NCBI GenBank assembly: GCA_002269645.1
Contig: NIVC01000506.1
Span: 248,001 to 312,000, forward strand
Length of the DNA: 64,000 bases
Direction: 5' to 3'
Source of the DNA: Macrostomum lignano
Lineage: Eukaryota
Made by a program: the position numbers and the translations under genes. How positions within the stretch are numbered: the stretch's first letter is position 1; every line of letters begins with the position of its first letter. Of the stretch, positions 13,125 through 25,295 are shown in pieces. Under the pieces are notes generated by a model that was given only the letters and a program-made list of their open reading frames with translations, made no database searches and had not been told where the DNA came from.

Positions 13125-16100
13125 TTAGACAACCACTTCGTAAATAATTCTTCTGGTCTGCCTCGGCACTGGCGGCGCCTCCTCAGCTGAATAGCATCGG
13201 CCATTGTCTGCAAGAAAATAGCAAATTCAAGTGCAGCCTCTGCTCCGCTCCACAATTCAAAGGATTGTTTGGTTACGCATGGTTACAGGCTAACAGTCAC
13301 CCCAGTCCTGCCCTGCCCCTCCCCAAACTCTCATACCTCCAGCCAGTCAGTCACCCCAGTCCTGCCCCTCCCCACCCCTCATTCCTCCAGCCAGTCAGTC
13401 ACCCCAGTCCTGCCCCTCCCCACCCCTCATTCCTCCAGCCAGTCAGTCACCCCAGTCCTGCCCCTCCCCAACCTCTCATACCTCCAGCCAGTCAGTCACC
13501 CCAGTCCTGCCCCTCCCCACCCCTCATTCCTCCAGTCAATCAGTCACTCCAGTCCTCTCCAATACCTTGATAGCCGCCCAGTGGAAAGTGACCACTTCGC
13601 ATAGTGACAAACACGGCTGCGGTCCCAGCTAAAGGCGAAGAATCCGATGGCGTGTCGTCGATTCCAGAAAATGAGGCTGTATCGACTCCATTGAGACTTG
13701 GCGACACGTAAGCACATGGTCGCGACAGAAGCTGCTGTTGCTGCTGTTGCTGCAGCAAGCGCGAGTCCGAGTTATCTAACGGGCGCTGAGTCTGGGGCGA
13801 CATGAGCGACGACCTGCGATCGCATATTATAAAAATAAATAAATCACTTTATTAGTTTTTGCCTCTTTTTCTGTAGTGTCAAAAGTGTTTTAAAGTGCTT
13901 CAGTGTTGTAGTTGTTGGCCAGAAGAAGAGTCTGCTGTGGTTTTTTGCTTATGAGCAAGATAGGAACACTTGCGCGGAAAGTCGCAACTAGTCCACTGGA
14001 GAGTCTTGGTGGGAAAAACTCTGCGGTAACAACCCCAGCTGGAAAAATCGGAAACCTTTTCGGCAGTGTGTAAAAGAGGCTCGGTTGAGGGTGAAGCTCT
14101 GTGGAAGAAGCTCGGTAGGAGAAGCTCGGTGGGAGAAGCTCTGTGGGAGAAGCTCTGTGGGAGAAGCTCGGTGGGAGAAGCTCTGTGGGAGAAGCTCTGT
14201 GGGAGAAGCTCTGTGGGAGAAGCTCTGTGGGAGAAGCTCGGTGGGAGAAGCTCTGTGGGAGAAGCTCGGTGGGAGAAGCTCGGTGGGAGAAGCTCTGTGG
14301 GAGAAGCTCTGTGGGAGAAGCTCTGTGGGAGAAGCTCTGTGGGAGAAGCTCTGTGGGAGAAGCTCGGTGGGAGAAGCTCTGTGGGAGAAGCTCTGTGGGA
14401 GAAGCTCTGTGGGAGAAGCTCGGTGGGAGAAGCTCGGTGGGAGAAGCTCTGTGGGAGAAGCTCTGTGGGAGAAGCTCTGTGGGAGAAGCTCTGTGGGAGA
14501 AGCTCTGTGGCAGTCAAGAGATGCCAATATCAGGTCAAAGGTGTGACATGACAGTTCTAAAACGTATTACATAGTGCGTCATTAGAATCACATATCAGGG
14601 CTCTGTGAGAAAGGTGAATCAAACAGCTCAGCACGCCCTATAGCGCATAGATACTCACAGCTGAGTCACTGGGTCCCCGCTCTGAGCCATGCACTTATAC
14701 AGTCTTCGCTGCCGAAAGCAGAAGTACGCGAGCACCAGCAGCAGGGCCAGGATGAGGCCGGTACAGCAGCCCGCCACGCCGGCAATGGCCAGGTTGGACA
14801 CCTGCGGCAGAGAGGCCACTGCCGGGAGGACAGCAGTTGATGAGAGAACACTCAGCAGGAGTTCTTGAAGTAAAAATAATCTGGTCTCTCAGAGCTCTGA
14901 AGAGAATCTGCACCCGGGGTACAAGTAATTGATCTCAGCAACCTAATGAGCAGTTTACCAGAACAAGCGCCAAATAATTCGGTGGGAACAACCGAAGTTT
15001 CCCATGCAGGATCGTGTTTGGATTGTTTTCCAGTCTCAAAATTTAACATCTCTAACAAAATGGCTTAATCAACCTCAGGCAAACCACACGGTCACTCAAA
15101 GTTTGTCACTAGTTTGTCAATTTACTGGTAAAAATGCAAAGCTGAATTCCTTCAGTTGTTGAGTTGCAATTTGACACCAGCTAAACAGGCAGGAAGCTGC
15201 ACTGCCCAAGCCAAGGTGCAAAAAGGCAGATGATTAGCATGCACTGTGCGCACTGCATCTGTGCCCTGCTGGTCTGACAGCAAGATCGAAGCTCCACTGT
15301 GTTCGGATGTTCGAGGGGCCGGTGGGTCTCAGTCCTGATCATTAATTCGGTCCCTGAACTCGAGATGGTCGGGAGGGGGCAGAGGGAGAAGGATTGGGAT
15401 CGGGGATCGGGGCCTCACTAAAAACCCCATCAATCAGGGATGGGCAGAGCTCAGACATTGAGTCGTGGGAAATGAGAACGGCGTGAGCTGGCAGGGATTT
15501 AAAAGCTTGATCACTCCGGCCTGCTTAATCTATTGCATTCCCTTCTCCCAAACTCAGCCAAACCCTGCATAAGTGGCTGGGCATTGAATTATGCATGAAG
15601 CAGCCCGGGGGCCGGCCCCAGGCTAGCTGTGTATTATGCAATTGTGGAACAAAATGAGTTGCAAGCAGTCGTAAGTATTATATGAGCATTAATCTGGGAG
15701 AGACAAACAAATATGAAATGCTCTGACTGCCGATGATGCGCCTGCCTTGGCAACTGCTGCCGGAACTACGGATGATCAGCGTAAAGGACGTGGCTTCCAG
15801 CGTGTCATCCCGGCCGATTTTAGCGCCTCAATACCGGTTTTAAGGACTCAGCACTCGATTGTATAGCAACTCAGTACCCGATTTTAGCGACTTAATACCC
15901 GATTTTAGCGCCTCAATACCAGATTTTAGCGCTTCAATACCAGATTTTAGCGCTTCAATATCCGATTTTAGCGGCTCAATACCCGATTTTGGCGACTCAA
16001 TACCAGATTTTAGGGTCTCAATACCCGATTTTAGCGGCTCAATACCCGATTTTAGCGCCTCAATACCTGATTTTAGCGCCTCAATACCTGATTTTAGCGC

Positions 16101-16469
16101 CTCAATACCTAATTTTAGCGCCTCAATACCAGATTTCAGCGCCTCAATACCAGATTTCAGCGCCTCGTGTTGCAGAGCTCTCTAGCAATTAACTGGCTTT
16201 GAACCCAAAGTTGGAAATCTGATTTAAGCGCTACGCAAAGAGCAGAACCAACACCCCAGCTCAGGCAATAAAACAGGCCAATTACAAGCAAAAAAGTGAG
16301 GCCATGCAGTTCTCTAATGTTCAATCACAATTGTGACAAGCTGACCAGCTTCAGCTTACTCAATGGATTCGCGATGCAGCGCGCAGGAGGTCCCACCGCA
16401 GCCGGCTGTGATCCGAGGCGAAACGCAACGAGAGATCCGACTGAGTTTGCGAGCCGAGTCTGAACTTCA
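13125..16469 (-). CDS. 3' part of a single-pass type I membrane protein (FN3-like end, TM helix, tail ending RRIIYEVVV); exons 16469..16360, 14818..14659, 13813..13566, 13207..13125
   Basis: Four exons with canonical AG/GT and compatible phases (2-1, 1-2, 2-1, 1-stop). Translation: EVQTRLANSVGS...LAIAGVAGCCTGLILALLLVLAYFCFRQRR...YQDNGRCYSAEEAPPVPRQTRRIIYEVVV*. Upstream exons not found. Confidence 0.75.
13300..13555. repeat. Intronic minisatellite, about 48-bp unit (ccagccagtcagtcaccccagtcctgcccctccccacccctcattcct), about 5 copies
   Basis: Direct tandem repetition inside intron 13208..13565. Confidence 0.9.
14085..14510. repeat. Intronic minisatellite, 14-bp unit gggagaagctc(t/g)gt
   Basis: Direct tandem repetition. 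Confidence 0.95.
15870..16160. repeat. Intronic minisatellite, 21-bp unit ccgattttagcgcctcaatac
   Basis: Direct tandem repetition. Confidence 0.95.
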
Positions 16470-16608
16470 CTGGCCCCGGAGAAGAAGAGAAGTACCCGGG
16501 TTGGGGGGGGGGGGCGGCACAGCCAATTGGAGACCGACAAAGGGTTTTCGCTTGTCATTTGTTGGGCCCTCCGGGCTAACGTGAATTGAGAGGATTGAGT
16601 CTTTTTAC

Positions 16609-17710
16609 TGATATGGGATGTCTTATTTATGTCTTCGCTGTAATCATGATAATCAACCCATGATGTCTTTTACTTAACATTCCGCTGTTTTCAATTTTTG
16701 GATTCAGTTATTATCTGACACGAAGCTATCCCCAGTGTAGTGTGAGCATCTTTTGCGATAGCCTTGTATTCTATTAGTTAGGTTTTGCATTATTGTTATT
16801 GAATTATTATTTTGCTTTAGTTTAGTCATACGTTTTTGGTGTACTTTTTCCTTGTTAGATAGAATCAATTTTGCGTAAACAGGCTAGAAGTCAGACGCCA
16901 TCTGTGACTCAGCGGAGGGTTGAGTTTTTGTCTGCGAACCCCAGCTTTGCGCGGCCAGCCAATCAGAACCGGCCTGGACCCTGGCACGCGGCAAGTTCCA
17001 ATTCTACCCGGCGCCGCGGGCACAGTGCAATTCGGCTTAAGCAAGCGGCCGGCCAGACGACCACCACCCGGCTTGAGGGGGGTTTTGAGGGGTTGTGACT
17101 CTGACTATAAATGAAAGTGTGTTTGGCAATCGGATCTCACTTTTTCCCCCTTCTTTTCCCGGTTCTTGGTTTTGTCCAGCTTCCCGGCCGGTGGCCTGTT
17201 TCCCTTTGGTTCACGCTTTGAGGCGTTTTGATTTCGTCACCCCGGTCCATACTTTGTTCCCGCCCAACCGCTTCAGTCTTGTAGCGTAACGATTCGGCAT
17301 CCTTGTCTGACGTCGTCGCTATCAAGCGCGGTTTAGATAGAGACTGTCGGATCTGATCAAGTACGCGGCCTCGATCCCGAGGGCCTCAGTGTTACACTGA
17401 AGGGCAGTGCCGATAGAACTTAGTCGGTACTCCGTTGAACGGTCGATTCGGCAGGGCTCTCGTTTGAGTGTAGGTTCTGGCTTAGGCCAGGGGTTAGGAG
17501 TCTTTCTCCGTGGTCCTGTATTCGGTGCCTCCTTCTTCTTCTTCAAGCTGAGATCCGCTTGTCAGTGCGTAATATAATTATTATTATTAATCGTTATTAT
17601 TCGTTATCATCATTCTAATTATCTGCGCCGCGAATTGCTTGAATCCTGTAGCCTGAATAATCAAATTAAATCGTCTAGCCATTATCAGCTTTATTCATAT
17701 AGGATTATCA
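16609..17710 (+). mobile_element. Possible solo-LTR-like insertion
   Basis: TGATA...TATCA ends (8-bp IR TGATAATC at 16647 / GATTATCA ending at 17710), CCAAT at 16959 and TATAAA at 17106. No TSD found. Confidence 0.25.
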
Positions 17711-17929
17711 CTCTCTAAATCTACATGTATTCGGTTCGTGTTCACCTGTGTTCCTTCTTTTCTTGTACCGTACTGTGACTATTGGAGAAAAATTGGTAGG
17801 ACTCGCCGACCGGCGATAGGCAATTAGGGTCAATAGCTTTAAAATCTCTGAACGCTCCAAAAAATAGGTTTGTCTAGGGCCTAAGTAATTGCTTATCGTG
17901 CATGCAATATATTTATATTGTATTTATCA

Positions 17930-20535
17930 CACCAGCAACTGAGGATCTGGGAGGCTGGCTCAGCAACTGAGGATCTGGGAGGCTGGCCCGGCAACTGAGG
18001 ATCTGGGAGGCTGACCCAGCAACTGAGGATCTGGGAGGCTGGCCCGGCAACTGAGGATCTGGGAGGCTGACCCAGCAACTGAGGATCTGGGAGGCTGGCC
18101 CGGCAACTGAGGATCTGGGAGGCTGGCTCAGCAACTGAGGATCGGGAGGCTGTAGCAGCAACTGAGGATCTGGGAGGCTGGCCCAGCAACTGAGGATCTG
18201 GGAGGCTGGCCCAGCAACTGAGGATCTGGGAGGCTGGCTCAGCAACTGAGGATCTGGGAGGCTGGCCCAGAAACTGGGGATTGGGAGGCTGTCCCAGCAA
18301 CTGGGGATCTGGGAGGCTGGCTCAGCAACTGAGGATCTGGGAGGCTGGCCCAGCAACTGACACTCTGGGAGGCTGGCCCAGCAACTGAGGATCTGGGAGG
18401 CTGGTACAGAAACTGAGGATCTGGGAGGGTAGTCCAACAACAACTGAGGATCTGGGAGGCTGGCCCAGCAACTGTGGATCTGGGAGGCTGGCCCGAGCAA
18501 CTGAAGATCTGGGAGGCTAGTCCAACAACTGAGGATCTGGGAGGCTGGCCTAGCAACTGAGGATCTGGGAGGCTAGTCCAACAACTGAGGATCTGGGAGG
18601 CTGGCCTAGCAACTGAGGATCTGGGAGGCTGGCCTAGCAACTGAGGATCTGGGAGGCTGACCCAGCAACTGAGGATCTGGGAGGCTGGCTCAGCAACTGA
18701 GGATCTGGGAGACTGGCCCAGAAACTGAGGATCGGGAGGCTGTCCCAGCAACTGGGGATCGGGAGGCTGGCTCAGCAACTGGGGATTGGGAGGCTGTCCC
18801 AGCAACTGGGGATCTGGGAGGCTGGCCTAGCAACTGAGGATCTGGGAGGCTGGCCCAGCAACGTACTGGGGATCTGGGAGGCTGGCCCAGCAACTGAGGA
18901 TCTGGGAGGCTGGTACAGCAACTGAGGATCTGGGAGGCTGGCCCAGCAACTGACACTCTGGGAGGCTGGCCCAGCAACTGACACTCTGGGAGGCTGGCCC
19001 AGCAACTGAGGATCTGGGAGGCTGGCCCAGCAACTGAGGATCTGGGAGACTGGCCCAGCAACTGGGGATCTGGGAGGCTGGCCCAGCAACGTACTGGGGA
19101 TCTGGGAGGCTGGCCCAGCAACTCAGGATCTGGGAGGCTGGCTCAGCAACTGGGGATCTGGGAGGCTGGCCCAGCAACTGAGGATCTGGGAGGCTGGCCC
19201 AGTAACTGAGGATCTGGGAGACTGGCCCAGCAACTGGGGATCTGGGAGGCTGTCCCAGCAACTGGGGATCTGGGAGGCTGGCTCAGCAACTGAGGATCTG
19301 GGAGGCTGGCCCAGCAACTGACACTCTGGGAGGCTGGCCCAGCAACTGACACTCTGGGAGGCTGGCCCAGCAACTGAGGATCTGGGAGGCTGGCCCAGCA
19401 ACTGAGGATCTGGGAGACTGGCCCAGCAACTGGGGATCTGGGAGGCTGGCCCAGCAACGTACTGGGGATCTGGGAGGCTGGCCCAGCAACTCAGGATCTG
19501 GGAGGCTGGCTCAGCAACTGGGATCTGGGAGGCTGGCCCAGCAACTGAGGATCTGGGAGGCTGGCCCAGTAACTGAGGATCTGGGAGACTGGCCCAGCAA
19601 CTGGGGATCTGGGAGGCTGTCCCAGCAACTGGGGATCTGGGAGGCTGGCTCAGCAACTGAGGATCTGGGAGGCTGGCCCAGCAACTGAGGATCTGGGAGG
19701 CTGGCCCAGCAACTGAGGATCTGGGAGGCTGGCCCAGCAACTGAGGATCTGGGAGGCTGGACCAGCAACTGAGGATCTGGGAGGCTGGCCCAGCAACTGA
19801 GGATCTGGGAGACTGGCCCAGCAACTGGGGATCTGGGAGGCTGGCCCAGCAACGTACTGCGGATCTGGGAGGCTGGCCCAGCAACGTACTGGGGATCTGG
19901 GAGGCTGGCCCAGCAACGTACTGGGGATCTGGGAGGCTGGCCCAGCAACTCAGGATCTGGGAGGCTGGCTCAGCAACTGGGGATCTGGGAGGCTGGCCCA
20001 GCAACGTACTGGGGATCTGGGAGGCTGGCCCAGCAACTCAGGATCTGGGAGGCTGGCTCAGCAACTGGGGATCTGGGAGGCTGGCCCAGCAACTGACACT
20101 CTGGGAGGCTGGCCCAGCAACTGAGGATCTGGGAGGCTGGTACAGCAACTGAGAATCTGGGAGGCTGGCCCAGCAACTGAGGATCTGGGAGACTGGCCCA
20201 GCAACTGGGGATCTGGGAGGCTGGCCCAGCAACGTACTGGGGATCTGGGAGGCTGGCCCAGCAACTCAGGATCTGGGAGGCTGGCTCAGCAACTGAGGAT
20301 CTGGGAGGCTGGCTCAGCAACTGGGGATCTGGGAGGCTGGCCCAGCAACTCAGGATCTGGGAGGCTGGCCCAGCAACGTACTGGGGATCTGGGAGGCTGG
20401 CCCAGCAACTCAGGATCTGGGAGGCTGGCTCAGCAACTGGGGATCTGGGAGGCTGGCCCAGCAGCTCAGGATCTGGGAGGCTGGCTCAGCAACTGGGGAT
20501 CTGGGAGGCTGGCCCAGCAACTGAGGATCTGGGAA
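17930..20535. repeat. Minisatellite array, 28-bp unit ccagcaactgaggatctgggaggctggc (about 2.6 kb)
   Basis: Direct tandem repetition with recurrent variant units (cagcaacgtactgggg, actgacactctgg). Confidence 0.97.
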
Positions 20536-21006
20536 GCTGGCACCCAAAAAGAACTGCTTGGCGCATCCAGAAAAGCTCCAAGATTCCTGGACTTGTCCAG
20601 TGCAGCCAGGAAGGGCTTGACAACCAGATTCTCTCTCCCCATTGCCTGAATGAATTTCAGCACGGTTATCAGAGAATCTTCATCTTGCTGCACAGCAGCG
20701 CACGCACTGAAGATGGAAAACTGCTAATCTTTTCCGTGCATCAGGCAAACTACCGGCCAAGGAACTCGACAAAGCTTGGGACAAGTTCGGACTAATTGGT
20801 CTTGACTGATCAGCTTCTGCTGCAAGCAACAAATCCAGCTTTTCGTTTGGCCTGCTTGTCTGTAGCTACGGGACAAAATGTTGTTTGCCTGTCAATGCTG
20901 TCTGACCCTCTGTGTGCCTGTGCGTTGGTTATTGAGCTTCGGCATGCATTACTTACAGTAATCTCGTCACAGAAACATCTTCTGTCAAGTGATTCTTTTC
21001 AAGCCG

Positions 21007-21195
<189 letters not shown>

Positions 21196-21332
21196 TTGAT
21201 AATGAATGAACCAGAAAAATCAGTTGGTAATTTCATCAGCTTTGCCTACTACAGTTTTAAAGCAAGTTAGCTAGGTGAATTGAGGCATTTATTAGTGCAA
21301 TCTGAGCGGCGAAACTGTCCCCAATCAGTCCG

Positions 21333-23055
21333 TCACTGGCGCAGTCTGAGGGTGCTGTAGTCGGCATTGAGGGCATCCAGCGGCTCGCTCACTGCCACGG
21401 TGTACATCGGCTCGCTGTCGGGAAATTTCAGCGTCTCCAGGACGCCACGACAACTCGGCGCGCTGTCGGCCGCGCGAACCGCGAACGGGTACACCGGCGC
21501 GAGCTTCTCGCAGCCTATCGTCTCGGGGGCCAACGGGGCTTCCAGCTGGTGCGAATAGGCGAGGCTCCGGCAGCTGGCCGAGGCCTCTGCGGCGAGGGCC
21601 AAAAAGCCCAGCGCGTCCCTGGGCGAGTCCACCCAGCGGCCCATGAAGGGCCGCTTGTGCGGCGGCAGCGTCAGCTCCAGCGGGTAGAGGCGCACCCCGC
21701 TGGTCTCTCCGGCCTGGCTCACCTGCACATGGCCAGCCTGCAGGCTGTAAAAGGACAGCTCGATGAAGGGCCAGCAGCCGCGCTGGACCCACCGAAAGCA
21801 GACAGACTGGCTCCACACTCTCCAGCTGCCTGCCTGAGTCAGGCGCAGGTCCGCGTGTCTGGTCAAAATTTGAGCAGTCTTTAGATTACATTGTGCAGTG
21901 TTCAGGTCTTCCCCAGTGACTCCACTCCACTCACTCTCCAGTGACTCCACTCACTCTCCAGTGATCCTCCACTCACTCTCCAGTGACTCCACTCACTCTC
22001 CAGTGACTCCACTCACTCTCCAGTGAGTCCACTCACTCTCCAGTGACTCCACTCACTCTCCAGTGACTCCACTCACTCTCCAGTGACTCCACTCACTCTC
22101 CAGTGACTCCACTCACTCTCCAGTGACTCCACTTACTCTCCAGTGACTCCACTCACTCTCCAGTGACTCCACTCACTCTACAGTGACTCCACTCACTCTC
22201 CAGTGACTCCACTCGCTCCCCAGTGTCTCTCCCTGTGTCTTTTGTCATCTTGTCACTCCCAAGTGTCGATTGTCACTCCCGAGTATCTTTTGTCACTCCC
22301 GGTGTCTCTTGTCACTCCCCAATGACAAGAGAATTCCACTCACTCCCCAATGACTCCACTCACTCCCCAGTCAAACCAATTCCCAGTGACTCTTGTCGCT
22401 TTCTAGTGTCTCTCTTGTCACCTATTTCTTGTCTCCTTTCACTTCTTGTCACTCGTCAGTGTCTCTTGTCACTTCCCAGTATGTTACATTCCCCAGTCGA
22501 GCACGCAATGCGTGTGAAACCAGAGAACACTATCCAGAGTGAGTTCAATATTTTGACATGCAAAACCGGGCTCCCAGGGCCTTGATCGCAATCCGGAAAT
22601 TCTTACCCAGCCAGTGCGTCGGCCAGCTTGCCCTGGTCGGCCCCCTTCATCAGCAGGCTGACGCTGTCGTCCCACGGAACCACACCGTGGTGTCGGTAGG
22701 AGCCCAGCAGAGAGTTGCCGTACAGCAGGGCAGGCAGGCCGCGCTGCTCGCAGAGGTCCAAGAAGGTCCACAGCAGGCGCAGGATGGCCCGCAGCTCAGT
22801 TGCGGTGATCTGCGGCCCGAACAAATCGGTGCGGAATGGCGCCCTCGTGCTGAGCAGCCGGATGTAGAACTCAACGCTTGGCAGCTTCTGCGCTGGCGTT
22901 GCATTCAATGCTGCGGCCTTGGGGTACCCGCGACAACTGCCCGGACTGCGGAGCCAGAGGAGGCAGATCTTTGCGCTGACTATGCAGAGGGCGGTCAGCA
23001 GCACACACCGAGCGATCTTCTTGGGTGTGAAGCGTCGAAGCAAGTAGGTCAGCAT
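21333..23055 (-). CDS. LicD/fukutin-family nucleotidyltransferase-fold type II membrane protein, probably catalytically degenerate (exons 23055..22607, 21858..21333; 324 aa)
   Basis: N-terminal TM segment, then YGNSLLGSYRHHGVVPWDDSVSL and WPFIELSFY, matching the LicD motifs GTLLG.xRHxGxIPWDDDxD and WPFxDIF. Phase-2 intron GG|gtaaga...ttgaccag|A. Confidence 0.85.
21910..22220. repeat. Intronic minisatellite, 20-bp unit cactcactctccagtgactc
   Basis: Direct tandem repetition in the LicD intron. Confidence 0.95.
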
Positions 23056-23281
23056 TGCAAATCGATCGGGTCCAATCTGCATTCATTTAATAGAATGTGT
23101 TTCGAATAGCGTGAGTACTGACGAGTACTATATATTCCCGGGTTGGGAGAGGAATAAAGACCCTGGTGCCCATCTACCATAGACGGGCAAAATTATTTGT
23201 TCTTATTATAGTGTATTTATTCTCATCTTGATCGGCTCAATTACCAACCGTGATTGATTGACTGACAAAAGCAATACTTAC

Positions 23282-24143
23282 ATGTAGTATTGGTTTTTGC
23301 ATGCTAAGTGAGTCATTTTTCAAGCAATCTGAGACTGAATAGCAAAAACAATATTGTCTATGGCCACCCCTCGCTGCAGCCCAGCTTTTTGGGATCGCCT
23401 TGCAAGCAAAGTGAGAATTTTTAAAAAGCTAAGTGAGAACCATATTGAAAACAAAGGCTGGGCTATGGCAAATCAACTGCGTCTAACAAGCAACGAGGAT
23501 AGAGAGCGCCTGGTCAATGCCGTCGAAGATGGTTACTCATTTTCGATGGTCCAAATTTTCACCAAGGGATTGAGATACCTGAGCAGTTTGAGGATCTCAT
23601 TCGTCTGCAAATTTTACCGGCTGGGCTGCAGCGAGGGGTGGCCATAGACAATAGTGTTTTTGCTATTCAGTCTCAGATTGCTTGAAAAATGACTCACTTA
23701 GCATGCAAAAACCAATATAGCTTTTGTCATGCTATCTCAGCCTAGGGACATCCAAACTCAGCCAGCCCCATTCCGCAATGCGTTTTTTGGCTCGAGCTAG
23801 TCGAGTTTTACCATAGACATGCTTCTTAAGGCCATGCTATCTCAGCCTGGGACATGCAATCTCAGCCAATATAGATTTCAATTGCAAACAGATCTCAATG
23901 CTATCATTTCTATAACGTGACATGAAATGGCAACAAACAGCAATGAATGAACGCAGCAAGAAAAGTCAGTAAGAATCTGAAAAGTGGCTGAGATTGCATG
24001 TCCCAGGCTGAGAAAGCATGGCCTTAAGAAGCATGTCCATGGTAAAACTTGACTGGCTTACGTAAAAAATCGCACTGTTGAGATGGGCTGGCTGAGTTTG
24101 GATGTCTCTAGGCTGAGATAGCATGACAAATACTATACTTACA
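23282..24143. mobile_element. Older hairpin (MITE-like) element whose left arm is interrupted by the younger MITE
   Basis: 23718..23868 is the imperfect reverse complement of 23985..24130. The reconstructed empty site tgtag-TA-tag matches the reverse complement of the right-arm end. Confidence 0.8.
23290..23715. mobile_element. Young MITE with 96-bp terminal inverted repeats and TA target duplication
   Basis: Arms 23290..23385 and 23620..23715 are reverse complements with one mismatch. TA flanks at 23288-89 and 23716-17. Confidence 0.9.
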
Positions 24144-25295
24144 CGTATGCACAATAATTTGAATAAAGCGGTTGTATACGTCTCTAACACTGCAACGAGT
24201 AAATACTTGGTTATTTTCCTATTGGCTATCGGCGGCCTACTCTCGGCTGCAAAATTTTGCACTGCAGCAGTGCAGCTTATTCGCTACACTTGAATTTCTT
24301 TGAACTAAGCTGGGATCCGGTAAAGAACGCATATTTGACGTATCGCCAGTGCATTCAGGTTCTTTATTAGAGAAATCGAAATATCTAACGCTGCTATAAT
24401 TATTCCTATATGGTTAGAAGTCTGAGGCTACGCTTAATGGTCTCGAGGCGAGCAAAGCAACTGTTCAAGCATTATGACTGTGATGAATTAAATGGCGCTA
24501 TCGTAAATAAAAATCGATTGTAGTCGTTTGATGCTCCTGATTAAATGATTTAAATTTCCCAAAACGTACGTTGCGACTTCCCAATCAAAATGATTGAATA
24601 AGATAACCGTTAAATAAGCAATGATATTTTACATCAGAATATTCATCTACCGCGAACAGTATATGTATTTTTAATTTTTTGTACCTATGTCGGTTAATTT
24701 GTCATATTCATATGTCATACGCAAGTCGATAATCTAATGGAATATCTGTGACAAGTGTTTAAAAGTTACCGACTGTGCAAAAGTGGCTTATGCATCAATA
24801 GTTAGTTTGAACTTAATCTAGCTTAGTATTTAGTCGTTATCAAAGTGTTGCACGAAATATATCGGTCTTAAACACAATAATATCTAGCTATAATTACTTA
24901 TTAAAATATTTTAAGCAGTAAAGAGTAAACAATAAATATTTTAATCAATTACTTACTAACAAATAACTTACAAGCTACTAACAATGAATAAAAATATATG
25001 GCAAAACAGCAGTTACAGTTATATGGATATTAAAATATGAGAATATTATTGTTTAACTAGTAGTAACTGTAACAAAGATTTTGTTGTCGCAAAAATGGCA
25101 AATTAAGTGAATAGCTTTAAGTTTGCATGCACGATCCAAGCGTATATCAGATTTAAAAAATGTCTTTGTTCAGGACCAAAAATATTAAAACTGTTTTCAT
25201 CGAGTTTTATTGAGTTCACCACGGATTCAATCGATTTTGTATCTTGTCCTTGATCATCCTCAAACTTGGTGGAGAATTTTTGTGTTTAGAGAATT

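Noticed and set aside
15200-15830. Extra receptor exons near 15250..15345 and 15720..15820
   Set aside because: Splice sites are weak or absent, and the 16360 donor already joins 14818 in frame.
17893-20320. ORFs such as [20 protein letters not shown], and similar ones at 14066..14574, 25725..27962, 32726..33219, 34771..35145, 37486..37977, 49157..49825 and 54368..54979
   Set aside because: These are translations of minisatellites, with no splice context or unique coding sequence.
20540-20707. Possible exon (ACAAVQQDEDSLITVLKFIQAMG...) as the upstream exon of the receptor
   Set aside because: Its donor would be phase 0 whereas the 16469 exon needs phase 2, and no family was recognised. Left unassigned.
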